From the NCBI GenBank assembly GCA_963716175.1, contig OY970296.1, positions 896,001-960,000 of the forward strand: a stretch of DNA of 64,000 bases. The letters are read 5' to 3'. A program made the position numbers and the translations under genes. The notes under the pieces were generated by a model. The model saw nothing but the letters and a program-made list of their open reading frames with translations, did no database searches and was not told the origin of the DNA. Origin of the DNA: an uncultured Armatimonadetes bacterium (lineage in GTDB: Bacteria > Armatimonadota > Hebobacteria > Hebobacterales > Hebobacteraceae). Each line of letters opens with the position of its first letter. The first letter of the stretch is position 1. Below, in pieces: positions 1-11,000 of the stretch.

Positions 1-3000
1 GGCAGCGGTGAAGCCAGAGATCGAAGCCCAACCGGAGGCGATTCCGCTCATCGGCCGCGCACTCCCGTGCTGTCCTCCGCGGGCGGCGCGGTTGCCGGCC
101 GATCTGGAGATCGTCAGCCGGCGGGCCGAGAATCGGCTTCTCGATGCCGAGAAGTGGGCGACGCTGGCCGCGCTGGCGGGAGCGCGGTACCCCGATGCGG
201 CCCTGGACAAGGCCTGGCGGCTGCTCCTGTCCGGGCAGCATTGCCAGGCCGTCGCCGCCCTCGATGATCGCTTCTCCTTCCTCGACCTGATGGCCGGCTA
301 TCGCGAGGCCCTGGAACTGACCGCCGAGGTGGAGGAGAGGGCCCAAGGCTACATTGCAGAGCGAGTCCAGACCGATTGTGGCCCGCATGCGCGGCAGCGG
401 TCCGGCGCACTGGTCGTGTTCAATGCTCTGGGGTGGCGGCGGACCGATGTCTGTCGGGCGCGAGTCGCGCTGACACGCACGCTTCCCTCTGGGTTCGAGC
501 TGCGCGATGATCGCGGGCGCCAGGTAGCGGCCCAACTAACGGCTGTGTCGTCGCAAGGCGAGCAGCCGTGGGCGGAGGTGGCCTTCCTGGCCAGCGATGT
601 CCCCTCGCTCGGCTACCGCACCTTCTACCTCGCGCCCGCCCGCGGGATGCCCCCGGAGGCGGCGCCTGTCAGCTCCGAAGGTACGGTAATCGAGAACGAG
701 CACTTCGCCGTTCGCGCCGACCCGGCCGCTGGCGGCGGGCTGGTCAGCATCTACGACAAGAAGGCGAAGCGGGAGCTGCTCAACCCGGCTCTAGGGCCCG
801 CGAACGAGCTGATCGCGATCGCCGAACAGATCGGGCAAGAGCCCCTGGTCTGGGAGCTGCCCTCCATCCATGCAGTAAGGTCAGGTGCGCTTCCGGCCGA
901 AGTCTCTTTGCACCAGGGCCCGGTGTTCAGCCACCTCAGCATCAGCGGCGAGCTGCCAGGCCGATGCCAGCTGAAGCAACAAGTCATCCTCTATCGCGGG
1001 CTCCGGCGGGTTGACCTGCGCACTACGTTGGAGGGATACCAGGGAGAGCGCGAACTGCTGGCACTGTCCTTCCCGCTCGCCGTGGCGGGCCCACCGACCT
1101 TCGGAGATCGCGGTGCGGCCGTGGTCGGGGAGCAGGGCCCTGGCCTGCGGATGGCTCATAGCTGGCTGGATATCGGCCCCGCGCTCTCGCTAGCCATCAT
1201 GGACGGGGCGCGGCCAGTCGGTGGCGTCCCCCTCGGTCCCTGCGTCATCATCACCTCTGGCCATCCACAGGAACGAGCTGTGCTTCCCGCGCTCATGCAA
1301 GCTCTGCTCAGCCGCGGCATCACCTGCATTCCGCGGCCAGATACGGAAGACCCGGAGGTTGACGGGTCGCCCTGCGTTTTCCGCCTAAGCCTAGGCCGCG
1401 GCAACGCCTACTCGCGGCGAGTGCTGGCAAGCGCGCCGATGGCGAGTGACGGGCTGGAGAGAATGCTGAACGGAAGCGAGTGGGCCGGGGTGTTGTTGGC
1501 AGGTCCCGCAGGACCCGGGCAGGAGATGCAGGTCCCAGTGCTGGTGGCGGACACGGCCAGCCCGGAAGGGATGCCCCGGCTCTTGTCTCTGCTCGCCCGG
1601 GCCATCCAGGCCGACCGGCTGCAGATACCGGCCTCCTGCGACTTCTCAGGCCTGGCGAAGCCCAAGCTCGACTACGGCCTCGCGCTGCTCAACCGGGGCA
1701 CACCCGGGGCCGGCTTGAGCCGCGATGGAACGCTCATCGCACTGCTCCGCCCGACGGCCGGCGGACGGGCCTGCCAGGCCGCCAGCGAGGACCTGGCGCC
1801 GCGAGCCGGATCCCACGTCTTTGAGCACGCCCTGCTGCCTCACCCTGGCGACTGGCGAGCCGCAGGTGTAGTGCGGGCGGGCTATGAGTTCAACCACCCG
1901 CTGCGCGCGGTGCAGGTGGCCTGTGGGAAGGCGCCTGCTGACTCGCGCAACCACGACCCCGCCACAGGGCCGGCGGGCGAGAAGAGCAGATTCAGGCAGG
2001 GGCCGCGGCCGCTTCCTTCGGCGGGCCTTGGCATGCCCACCCTACAGCCTACCTTCAGCTTAGTGTCTGTGGACGCGCCCGATGTCATCATCACCGCGGT
2101 GCGCCCGGCCGGGAGCCCCGCCACCGATCAGACCCTGCCCGACCCGTCGGCAGCGGACCACGCGGTCCTGGTTCGGCTCTACGAGGCGGTCGGCAAGTCC
2201 GTGAAGGTGCGGCTCGCCTTCGGCGCGGAACCACGACAGGCCTGGCTCGCTGACCTGACTGATCGGAAGACCGAGGAGTTGCCCATCACCAGGCCTGGTT
2301 GGAGGGTAGGCCATTCTGTCCGGCTGCGGGCCCGCCGGGGTGGACAGACTAGGGGCCTGCTCACAGTGCCGCTAGCAGTCCCGTCCTGTGGGATCATCAC
2401 GGTGGCGGCGCGGCTGGCGCCTCTCGGGGCCGGTGGCGCATCAACGGCCGGCGGGCCTACCGCCGGCCCGCCGTATCGGGAGCTTGGCCCCGTTGCGGAG
2501 CCCTGTAGTCCGCTCCACTGTCGCTACTGGGACCACAATCTCGGCGTCGCCCCCGTAGGCAATCAGCCCGTCACCCTGTGGCTGCGCGGGCCCATCCCGG
2601 TGGGCAAGAACACGCGCTTCACCCTGGGGTTGAGCAACGATTATCGCGACCGGGAGATCAGCGGGCGCGTGCGCGTGATCGCCCCCCAGGAGTGGCCTCT
2701 CCTTCCGCGGGAGGTGCCATATCGCATCGCGCCGGGGTCACAGGCGGTATACGAAGTGATGGTCGTCGTGCCGCCCGATGCCTCGCCTTGCTTCCTGCGC
2801 GCCGTCACCGAGGACGGCGATCGCGTGCTTCAGGATGTTATCCCTATCGGCGACATCCTCCCGCTGGCTGCCTCCCTGAGGTGGCAGGAAGACGGACTCC
2901 TGCTGGAGGTGAGGAACCCGAACCCCGATTTCGTCGAGGGACAGGCGGCGATCATCACGCCCGTGGCATCATGGGGAGGTGCAGTGGACAGCCTCGCTCT

Positions 3001-3154
3001 CGCCGCGGTGACCCCAAGACTGTATGCCTTCCGCCTGGAGCCAGCCCAGCAGAAACGCTTCGCCTACCGATGGGAAGGCGCGCGACAAGGTCTGTGGGCA
3101 GTGGCGAAGGTGATGTGGTACGGGAACGTCCAGTATACCGAGAAGGCCCGGTAG
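1..3154 (+). CDS. Glycoside hydrolase family 38 (alpha-mannosidase-like) protein, middle and C-terminal domains; 5' end lies outside the window
   Basis: The frame is open from the window edge. GH38-type segments: LDKAWRLLL..QH, LVVFNALGWRRTD, VPSLGYRTF, IENEHFAV...GGLVSIYDK, HVFEHALLPHPGDW, LVRLYEAVG. Confidence 0.75.
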   Translation, partial: AAVKPEIEAQPEAIPLIGRALPCCPPRAARLPADLEIVSRRAENRLLDAEKWATLAALAGARYPDAALDKAWRLLLSGQHCQAVAALDDRFSFLDLMAGYREALELTAEVEERAQGYIAERVQTDCGPHARQRSGALVVFNALGWRRTDVCRARVALTRTLPSGFELRDDRGRQVAAQLTAVSSQGEQPWAEVAFLASDVPSLGYRTFYLAPARGMPPEAAPVSSEGTVIENEHFAVRADPAAGGGLVSIYDKKAKRELLNPALGPANELIAIAEQIGQEPLVWELPSIHAVRSGALPAEVSLHQGPVFSHLSISGELPGRCQLKQQVILYRGLRRVDLRTTLEGYQGERELLALSFPLAVAGPPTFGDRGAAVVGEQGPGLRMAHSWLDIGPALSLAIMDGARPVGGVPLGPCVIITSGHPQERAVLPALMQALLSRGITCIPRPDTEDPEVDGSPCVFRLSLGRGNAYSRRVLASAPMASDGLERMLNGSEWAGVLLAGPAGPGQEMQVPVLVADTASPEGMPRLLSLLARAIQADRLQIPASCDFSGLAKPKLDYGLALLNRGTPGAGLSRDGTLIALLRPTAGGRACQAASEDLAPRAGSHVFEHALLPHPGDWRAAGVVRAGYEFNHPLRAVQVACGKAPADSRNHDPATGPAGEKSRFRQGPRPLPSAGLGMPTLQPTFSLVSVDAPDVIITAVRPAGSPATDQTLPDPSAADHAVLVRLYEAVGKSVKVRLAFGAEPRQAWLADLTDRKTEELPITRPGWRVGHSVRLRARRGGQTRGLLTVPLAVPSCGIITVAARLAPLGAGGASTAGGPTAGPPYRELGPVAEPCSPLHCRYWDHNLGVAPVGNQPVTLWLRGPIPVGKNTRFTLGLSNDYRDREISGRVRVIAPQEWPLLPREVPYRIAPGSQAVYEVMVVVPPDASPCFLRAVTEDGDRVLQDVIPIGDILPLAASLRWQEDGLLLEVRNPNPDFVEGQAAIITPVASWGGAVDSLALAAVTPRLYAFRLEPAQQKRFAYRWEGARQGLWAVAKVMWYGNVQYTEKAR

Positions 3155-3218
3155 CGGAACCCCCCCGCGGGCGCTCACCATGCGGGACCAGCGGCGCGAC
3201 CGAGAAGCGCCGTCCCTA

Positions 3219-3344
3219 GAGCGCATTTCATAACCTACCTGTTGGCTGGCCGCACCACGCCCTCGCATGAAATGCGCCTGCCACTGCCTGACGTTGTGCA
3301 GTGCTGTCTCATAGCCTCCCCTGGGGAGGTTATGAGACAGCTTC
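3219..3344. mobile_element. 126-bp MITE-like element, copy 1
   Basis: Near-identical to 33864-33989 and flanked by TA on both sides. Imperfect terminal inverted repeats GAGCGCATTTCATAACC / GGTTATGAGACAGCTTC. The right end abuts the lpxD stop codon. Confidence 0.7.
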
Positions 3345-4423
3345 TACTCATCCCTCCGCAGCTTCGCCTCCAGCTCGGCCAGGCGGCGCTCCAGTTCCCG
3401 CACTGTCCGCAGCAACTCCGGCAGGCGGGCGGTGGCCGCATCGATGCGAAACTGCTCCCGCCGGGGACGGGCCGGACGGCCCCACACCACCGCTCCTGGC
3501 GCGACATCGCCAATCACCGCGGCCCCCCCGCCCACCCGCGCCCCCTCCCCTACCATCAAGTGATCCGCCACTCCCGATTGGCCGGCCAGAATGGCGCCAT
3601 CCCCGATGATCACACTGCCGGAGATGCCCACCTGGCCCATCAGCAAACAGTGCCGGCCGATCTTCACATTGTGGGCGATGTGCACCAGGTTGTCTATCTT
3701 GGTGCCTTGCCCGATGACGGTAGCGCCAGTGGTGGCGCGGTCCACTGTCACATTGGCCCCAATCTCCACATCGTCCTCGATCACCACGGTGCCGATATGG
3801 GGCATGCGGACATGCCGCTCGCCGTCTTGGGCGTAGCCGAACCCTTCGCCCCCGATCACGCTCCCGGCCTGCACTAGCACGCGCGCGCCCAGCGACACCC
3901 GATCATGGATAGTGACGTGCGAGCGGATCTCAGTTTCCGCCCCAATCCGCACCCCGCGCCCGACCACAACCAGCGCCTGCATCTGCACCCGCGGGCCGAT
4001 CTCGCAGCCGTCCCCGATCACGCAGTAGGGACCAACTGCTACCTGTGCCGCCACGGCGGCGGTTTCGGGCGCGCCGCCTCTCCTTTCCCCGAATATCACC
4101 TCCCGGCCTATCTGCGCCGTGGGGTGAATGCCTACGGTGGGAGGGCGCGCCGGGAAAAGCACGCGGAGAGCGCGGGCGAAGGCCAGCCGGGGGTTGGCCA
4201 CTCGCAGCAGCGGCTTGTCCCTCGGCTCCAGCTGAAGCGGCGCGATCAACGCCAGCGCCGGGCTGGCCTCACCCTCGGCCAGGCGACGATCGTTCTCCAC
4301 ATAAGCGACATGGCCCGGGGCCGCGTTGTCCAGGCCAGAGATCCCCTGCACCACAGCCTCGGGGTTCCCGCCCACCAGCTCAGCCCCCAGCGCCTCTGCC
4401 AGGTCCTTTAAGGTCATTGGCAT
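3344..4423 (-). CDS. lpxD: UDP-3-O-acylglucosamine N-acyltransferase
   Basis: MTLKDLAEALGAEL N-terminus, NPRLAFA, hexapeptide repeats, IGGEGFGY, GTKIDNLVHIAHNV; lies downstream of bamA-skp. Start at ATG 4423 or 4417. Confidence 0.95.
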   Translation of the reverse strand: MPMTLKDLAEALGAELVGGNPEAVVQGISGLDNAAPGHVAYVENDRRLAEGEASPALALIAPLQLEPRDKPLLRVANPRLAFARALRVLFPARPPTVGIHPTAQIGREVIFGERRGGAPETAAVAAQVAVGPYCVIGDGCEIGPRVQMQALVVVGRGVRIGAETEIRSHVTIHDRVSLGARVLVQAGSVIGGEGFGYAQDGERHVRMPHIGTVVIEDDVEIGANVTVDRATTGATVIGQGTKIDNLVHIAHNVKIGRHCLLMGQVGISGSVIIGDGAILAGQSGVADHLMVGEGARVGGGAAVIGDVAPGAVVWGRPARPRREQFRIDAATARLPELLRTVRELERRLAELEAKLRRDE

Positions 4424-4464
4424 GCTGGCCTCAATGACAGGAAGCGGCACCCCTTCGGCCCCGC

Positions 4465-5199
4465 CTACTTGGGCTTCTCCGCCGGCCTCTCAGGAGGGCC
4501 TGACGTCTCGACCAGCTTGGGCACGGGGCCCGACTGCATGGCGATCGCGGGCAGCGGCGCAGCGTTGAGCTTGGCGATCACCTCTTCGCTGATGTCAAGT
4601 CCCCCGTAGAGGACAATCTCCTTGCGCACTACTATCGGCAGCTTCTTCTCCTGCGCCACCGCCTTTACGGCAGTGTTGACGCTGTCCGTGATGATCCTGG
4701 AGAACTCCTCGTACTTGGCCAGCACCGCCTTCTGGGCATCACCCTGAAGGGCATTGCCCTCATCCGTGCGCTGCTTGTAGACCCGGTCGAGCTTCTGGTA
4801 CTCCTGCTCTTCGTCCGGGGTGCGATCCTTCTTCTGGCCCAGGTCCAGCAGCCTGCGGCTGCGCTCATCGGACAGCTTCTCCAGGTCGGCCAGGCGCTTG
4901 TCTCGCTCCGCCGTGGGGGCCGCGGTGGGGGCGCAGAGATCGAGGTATTCCCTCTGCTCGTCATCGAATAGCAGCCGGTTCTTCTGGTGCCGCTGAACCT
5001 GCCCCTCCTGCTGCTTCTGGAACTCCTGGAACTGCTGGTTCAGGAGTTGCATCCCCTTGTACTCGCCAGAGACGCGGTCCATGTCCACTACCCCCCAGCT
5101 GGGAGTGGAGGCAGGTGCGGCGGCGGCCGCGGCCGCGGATCCCCCGGCGACTGCCACCAGGCCTGCGCTCAGGGCAAGCGCCAGGATAAGCTGTTTCAT
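4465..5199 (-). CDS. skp: OmpH/Skp family periplasmic chaperone
   Basis: Signal peptide MKQLILALALSAG, GVVDMDRV, long coiled coil, VLYGGLDISEEVIAKLN; between bamA and lpxD. Confidence 0.85.
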   Translation of the reverse strand: MKQLILALALSAGLVAVAGGSAAAAAAAPASTPSWGVVDMDRVSGEYKGMQLLNQQFQEFQKQQEGQVQRHQKNRLLFDDEQREYLDLCAPTAAPTAERDKRLADLEKLSDERSRRLLDLGQKKDRTPDEEQEYQKLDRVYKQRTDEGNALQGDAQKAVLAKYEEFSRIITDSVNTAVKAVAQEKKLPIVVRKEIVLYGGLDISEEVIAKLNAAPLPAIAMQSGPVPKLVETSGPPERPAEKPK

Positions 5200-5271
5200 C
5201 AGGTCACTCCACTTCTCCCGCCTTCCAGCGGGGAGGCTGCCGCAGCAGCAACACCATCTCGCCACCGCGGG

Positions 5272-7197
5272 TCAGAACATGTGAGAGACGCCAAAGTGAG
5301 TCTCGGTTCCCTCCTTGCTGAACCCGAGGTCCAGCCGGAGGGGGCCCACCGGAGTCTGCACTCGCACCCCGACCCCATAGCCAAGGTGAGCAGTGAAGGA
5401 CTTGTCCCCCTGGAAGAAGGGGTCGGCGGCGATACTCCCGCCCCAGGCATCGCCTACGTCCACGAACCCGACGCCGATCAGGTTGCTGCTCAGCGGGAAG
5501 CGCAACTCGGTGTTGAGGATCGCCATATGGGAGCCGGCGAAGCGATCCACCCGGAAGCCTCTCAGGGAATCCGGGCCCCCGATCAGGAACTGCTCCAGAT
5601 AGGGCGCGTCACCGGTGGTGGTGCCCACCAGCAGCCGCGTCGCTAACACCATGCGCTTGCCGGCCGGCAGGTAGCGGCGGTTGTCCATGGAGTACTTGTT
5701 GAAGTGCGACCCTCCGAACAGGCCGGCCAGCTCCACCGAGAATTGCTGGAAGGCGCCGGCGCGCGGATTGTACAGGTTATCCCTGGTATCGGTGATGGTG
5801 GCCAGCGTGAGGCTGCGCACTTCGCGCGGTGCAAAGGCAGGGCCGGTCAGGAAGGGGAGATCCTCCGTCGCGATATCGGACAAGGACACATCGTCTCGCC
5901 GCAGCCCCACGTAGGCAACGGTGTGGTCTGAGAGTGGCCGGCCCAGCGTCAGGTTCCCGCCGGCGCGCCGCTCCCGGTAGAGGACGCTGCGCTGGGTCCC
6001 GTCGGGCGCGCTGACGAACGCCTCCCGCAGGATGAACCGGTCGTAGATCCCCAGGCTCAGCCTGGTCTCCGGGGTCATGATCCACGGGTTGCGATAGCCC
6101 AGCTCGTAGCTCCTCCGGCCCCCGAACTCGCCCCGCAGCGTCACCATCTGCCCGGTGCCGCGAAGGTTATTCTTGGTCAGGTCGACAAACCCAATCACAC
6201 CTTGCACCGAGGTGTAGGCCCCGCCGAAGGTAGCCTGGCCGGTGCGCTGCTTCTCCACCACGGTGATGATGAGGATCACCTTCCCCGGCTCCGTGCCCAC
6301 CTCCGCATCCCGCCGCACGGTCTCGAAGTAGCCCGTGTTAGTGAGCCGGGCCACGTCCTGGGCCACCTTCTTGTCATTGTAGGTCTCACCGGGCTTGGTC
6401 CGGATATAGCGCTGGATCACATACATCTTGGTGTAGGTGTTGCCGGTGACCTTGATGGATTCGATCACCCCCTCCGCGATCACCAGGGTGAGCACGCCCT
6501 CCTCTGATAGGCGCTGACTGACCACGATCGCCAGGATGTAACCCTTGGAGCGATAGAGCTCCTCAATCGCCTGCGCGTCCTGGGCCAGCCGGTAGACGTT
6601 GTACACCGTCCCCGGCTTGGTCTTCATCACGGCCAGCAGCTGCTCCCGGGTCAGCTCCTTGATCCCCTCGAACTGGATGCTGCGGACCACTGGGTTCTCG
6701 GTGACCCGGAACACCAGTCGCACTCCATTCTCCGTCATATCACGCTCTACCGCCGCCGTCTGAAACCACCCCAGGTTGAGGATGGCCTGCCGGTCGCGCG
6801 CCACCTGCTCCTCTGAGTAGGGCCCACCCACCTTGCTCGTCACCGCGGCCAGGATCTCCTGAGTCGCGATCTGCTGGTTCCCCACCACCTCGATGCTCAC
6901 GATCGGGGGCGGCACGGTCGGCATCGGCATCGCCGGCTGGGTAACGCTCGTCTCCGGAGCCAGCGCCGGCTGCGGCGAACTGGGGACGGTGCTGACCTCG
7001 GGTTCCGCAGTCAGTGTCGGCGTCACTTCCGGGAGCAGCGCGGGCTGCGGCTCACTGGGGGAGGGCGGGACCGAAGGTGGGGCGGATGGCGCGGCCGGGG
7101 GCGCCGCTTCCGCCGCCAGCAGGCCGGGGGCGGCCACACCTAGAGTCAGCAGGCAGAGCAGCAACCCCAGCACGCGTGGCAGCATGGTCTTCTTCAA
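5272..7197 (-). CDS. bamA: BamA/Omp85 family outer-membrane assembly factor
   Basis: Signal peptide, Pro-rich linker, about three POTRA domains (IEVVGNQQI; IQFEGIKEL; IKVTGNTYT), barrel motifs LRGF and GYGVGVRVQTPVGPLRLDLG, C-terminal Phe. Confidence 0.9.
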   Translation of the reverse strand: MKKTMLPRVLGLLLCLLTLGVAAPGLLAAEAAPPAAPSAPPSVPPSPSEPQPALLPEVTPTLTAEPEVSTVPSSPQPALAPETSVTQPAMPMPTVPPPIVSIEVVGNQQIATQEILAAVTSKVGGPYSEEQVARDRQAILNLGWFQTAAVERDMTENGVRLVFRVTENPVVRSIQFEGIKELTREQLLAVMKTKPGTVYNVYRLAQDAQAIEELYRSKGYILAIVVSQRLSEEGVLTLVIAEGVIESIKVTGNTYTKMYVIQRYIRTKPGETYNDKKVAQDVARLTNTGYFETVRRDAEVGTEPGKVILIITVVEKQRTGQATFGGAYTSVQGVIGFVDLTKNNLRGTGQMVTLRGEFGGRRSYELGYRNPWIMTPETRLSLGIYDRFILREAFVSAPDGTQRSVLYRERRAGGNLTLGRPLSDHTVAYVGLRRDDVSLSDIATEDLPFLTGPAFAPREVRSLTLATITDTRDNLYNPRAGAFQQFSVELAGLFGGSHFNKYSMDNRRYLPAGKRMVLATRLLVGTTTGDAPYLEQFLIGGPDSLRGFRVDRFAGSHMAILNTELRFPLSSNLIGVGFVDVGDAWGGSIAADPFFQGDKSFTAHLGYGVGVRVQTPVGPLRLDLGFSKEGTETHFGVSHMF

Positions 7198-7231
7198 GAT
7201 CTCGTCTCCTCCCCTACGCGCCCGCCCTGTC

Positions 7232-7846
7232 TCAGCCTGAGAGATAGGGAGACAGCGCTTGCCGAAGCTGACTGCGGGCGCGAAACAGCCGGGACTTGAC
7301 TGCCTTCTCGGAGCAGCCCAGCACCTGCCCGATCTCCTGGTAGGATAGCCCCTGCAGATCCCGCAGCACGATCAGCGCCCGCAGGTCGGGCCGGAGCGAG
7401 AGCAGGCATTTCGCCACCTGACCCTCCAGCTCCTTGGCCTCGACCCGCTGGTGCGGCTGCGGGCTGCTATCCTCGATTTCGCGGGCGAGCGCCTCCCCCT
7501 CATGATCGGCTGGGCTGTCCAGGGAAAAGGAGTGAACCCGGCTGCGATGTTGCTGTTGTCGAAAGTAGTTCTTGCACAGATTCAGGGCGATACGATAGAG
7601 CCAAGTATAGGGGTGGGCATCTCCTCGGAACTGCTGGTAGGAGCGCAGCGCCCGCACGAAAGTGTCGGAGGTCAGGTCGGCGGCATCATCGTAGTCGCCG
7701 ACCAGCCGGTAGACGAGGTTGAAGATCCTCTGCTCGTAGGCCTGGAAAAGATCATCGAAAGCCTCGGCCACCGGATGGCCGCCGCGCTCGCCATCCTCGG
7801 CTGGACGCTCGTCCACTGAGGGCCACCTGTCTGGCGCATCCACCAT
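7232..7846 (-). CDS. ECF-type sigma-70 factor (RpoE/SigW-like)
   Basis: Region 2 DAADLTSDTFVRALRSYQQFRGD..YTWLYRIALNLC; region 4 LRDLQGLSYQEIGQVLGCSEKAVKSRLFRAR. The start is uncertain. Confidence 0.92.
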   Translation of the reverse strand: MVDAPDRWPSVDERPAEDGERGGHPVAEAFDDLFQAYEQRIFNLVYRLVGDYDDAADLTSDTFVRALRSYQQFRGDAHPYTWLYRIALNLCKNYFRQQQHRSRVHSFSLDSPADHEGEALAREIEDSSPQPHQRVEAKELEGQVAKCLLSLRPDLRALIVLRDLQGLSYQEIGQVLGCSEKAVKSRLFRARSQLRQALSPYLSG

Positions 7847-7989
7847 ATACCGCTCGGCTCCAACTGGTACGCCGTAGCCTGCCGGTAGGCGCAAGGCACG
7901 CCCGGAGCCGCTCTTTCCTGCCCCGCGAGCGTCGCCGGCCAATGTGACCCTCGCTTTCGACACGTAGGCAGGCACCAAGTTTCTGGCTG

Positions 7990-8018
7990 AGTCTAGCATA
8001 TTTGCCTGGCCTCGGCAA
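7990..8018 (-). promoter_or_regulatory. Putative sigma70 promoter upstream of ECF sigma-bamA-skp-lpxD
   Basis: Minus strand TTGCCG-17 nt-TAGACT with a TGn extended -10. Confidence 0.45.
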
Positions 8019-8028
8019 CCCGCGCCAT

Positions 8029-11000
8029 TCAGAAGGGAATGAAGGCCTGCAGGTCCCACCGCGACTTATCCAAAGCATCACTGCTCAGGCCCACGGACCA
8101 GCGCGGCGTGATCTCGTAGGTGATGCGCGTGGACCGGAACTGGGGGGGCCCGCTCAAGGGACTGACATAGGAAACCAGCACCCGCCGGAAAATGCGCTCG
8201 CCCACTCGCAACTGAGTCGGGCCCCCCAGCCCCGTCTCCAGGTAGACCGCGGTCAGCCCCAAGGAGGTGCCCACAAATGAGGGCAACACGAACCCGCTCA
8301 CCTGGCCCGCGCTGACCGAGGGAGCGCGGGGGTTGGCCAGGAACTGAGCGATATCGTTGCTCTCTCCCACCGCCGGGGCCAGCACTGGCCCTAACAGGAG
8401 GGCCTTGATGTAAACCTCGTCCAGTGCCGGTATGGACACCGCGTTCCATTGGAGGGGGCTGGCGCTGATCTCCCCTCCGCGCGACACCCGCCTCCTCTCA
8501 ACCCCGGGGGCTTCGCCCCGCGCCCGCCGCGCCGCCTCCTCTCGTACCCGGCGCGCCCATTCCTGGAGTTCGCTGCTCTCTTCCCCGGATTGACCCTGCT
8601 CCGGCCCCGTCGAGGGGTAGATCTGGCCGGTAGGGCTGAGCGACACGTAGTAGTCGCCGATCCGCCCGTCCGCCTCGGTATCGGTGATCCAGATGCGAGG
8701 CCTGGTCTGCCCCGCCTGGCGGCTGATGTGGGCCGTGCCCTTCCGCAGCGAGAGTGTACCATTGGGGAAGGAGAGCACCCCGCGGTCGCTCTCCACCTGG
8801 CCGTTCAGGACGACTCCGGCCGCAGTGGGCTTCCCGCCCAGGAAGAGGTAGCTCCCAGGCTTCAGGCTGATCGTGGTGGGAAGGGACCCCAGACCATAGC
8901 GGAACTGAACCCGTTCCCCCACCGCCACTCGCACCCGTAGATCGGGGGCGAAGGGAAAAGGTCCGATCTCCGCCAGCGTCGGTCGGCCCCGGGGCAGGCC
9001 CAGGGTGGCATCGGAAAAGACCAGCGGCTGGGCGCGCGCCGTCTCCAGCACCGGGTCAGGATCGTTGACCAGGAGCAGCCTTCCGTTCAGCCTGCCTTCC
9101 ACCAGATCGGGCAGCCTCAGGTCTACCTGGTTCAGGTCCACGGTGACGCGAAACCGATTCTCATTGAAGTGCCTGAGAGAAAGCGAGCGAATCTCTACCT
9201 CGCCCTGCACGCTGAAGCTGCCGCTGCCGGCCTTGCCCTCGACACCGGGCCGGGAGGCGCCTCCCGGCTCCGCAGCCGGCTGGCTTAGCAGCAGTCTGTT
9301 ACCCCGCAGATACACCTGCGCGTCGAACACAAACGGAGTCATGTCTGTGATCGGCGCGAACTGCCCGTCGTGCACTCGCAGCTCGCCCTTGGGTGGAGAC
9401 AGCAGCGCGAGTGGGCTGCTCAGTGGCAGGCTGGCCTGGCCCACCGCCTCCATGGGACCGTTGCGGAGGCGGATCTCCTCTATGCTCAGGACCCCTTCCC
9501 TCACCCAGATCGGGCTGGCTGTGACGTTCTCGAAGTGCAGCGGCCCCAGCCGGGGGTTGTCAAGGAACACATCGCCTCGCAGCACGGGCCGGCTGGTTGA
9601 CCCACTGATGTCGAAGTTGACAGTGGCCTGGCCGGCGACGTGCTCGCTCAGCCACTGCTCCGGTCCCTTGCCTCCCAGGTCCAGGCCGTTCAGGTCCACC
9701 ACGTACTGCAGCCAGGGCGAGAGCATCTTCAGGTCAAGGTTGCGCACCTCCGCCTGCAGCGAGACCTCGCCTCCCGGCGTGACCTCCCCCTGGATCGAGG
9801 CATAGGCCGGATCCTGCATCACGCGCAGGTCGGTCACCTCCACCTTCTTGAGCCTCAGGCCCCGGTGGTCCACTGCCCGCAACCACCAGATCAGGTCCCC
9901 GGTCACGCGCTGGATGGGCTGCTCTCCCCAAACGAGATCGTCCACCTGCAGCCCCACGCGAACCTCGGGTTCCGCCGTCGTGCCCGAGATGGCGATATTC
10001 GCCTCCTCCAGCCGCCCCGCGACGGGGATGGCGGCATGCCGGGCGGCGCGGGGCAGAGGCACGCCGGCGGCCGATAGGCGCCAGAGAGATCCGTAGACCA
10101 GCGCCTGGACTGTCGAGAGGTCCACCCGGCGGAGGCTAATGGTCAGATTCGCCGGTCCCGATCCCCCCGGGCGCAGATCCACGGTTCCCGCGGCAGAGAG
10201 CGTGCTCTCCGCCTGCCTAACGGTCACGGTCTTGAGCTGCAGCACGCCCCCCGCGAACTGGCCCGAGGCCGCGACGTCGTCGAAGGGTAGATCGTTCACG
10301 CTGACCGCGCTGGCGGCGAGGTCGAAGCTCACCTCGGGAGCTGCCCAAGACCCGGTGATGGCGGCGCGCACCGCCGCCTTGCCAGTGATAACCAGGCCCA
10401 GCTCCCGCTGCGTCTCCGCCGTGAGATGGGCCAGGTCAAGATCATCTCCTTTCACCTCGAAAGATAACCCAGCGGCGCTGCCGCTGCCGCTGATCACGAT
10501 CCGGGTGCGACTCTCCGTCAGCTCATCTACGAAGAAGGCACCGGCCTGGTAGCGGACCCGCGCCGCGGCCTCTGGCAGCACCAGGCCGGCCACCCCGATC
10601 GCGGTCAGCTTGAGGTCCATCTGCAGAAGCGGCTCGCCGACGGTCCCCGCGATCTCCGCGGAACCGTCAACGCTGCCGATGCTGATCAGGCGGGTGTAGG
10701 GCGTGGGCAGCCACTCGGCCGGATCGGCGCCGGCGATGCGGAATCGGCCCTGGACTGCGGCTCGCTCGCCCAGGCGCCAGTCCGTCACCCCCAATTCTCC
10801 CTGGTAGCTTCCCCGCGCCAGCTTGAGAGTCACCGCTGAGAACCGCGCCGCCTGCTGCGAGATGTCGAACTCGGTGCTGAGCAACTCAAGGGCCCGACCT
10901 TGCAGCCGGCCGGGCCCCACCTCGATCCGCCCCGCCGCCTGCCCCTCGCGCCAGGCGCCGGAGGCGCGGGCCGAAGCCGGGAACAGGCCGCTCACATTCT

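Noticed and set aside
3242-3877. ORFs starting within the 126-bp element (also 33761-33997)
   Set aside because: Their shared peptide comes from the repeat itself and the remainder is antisense to lpxD.
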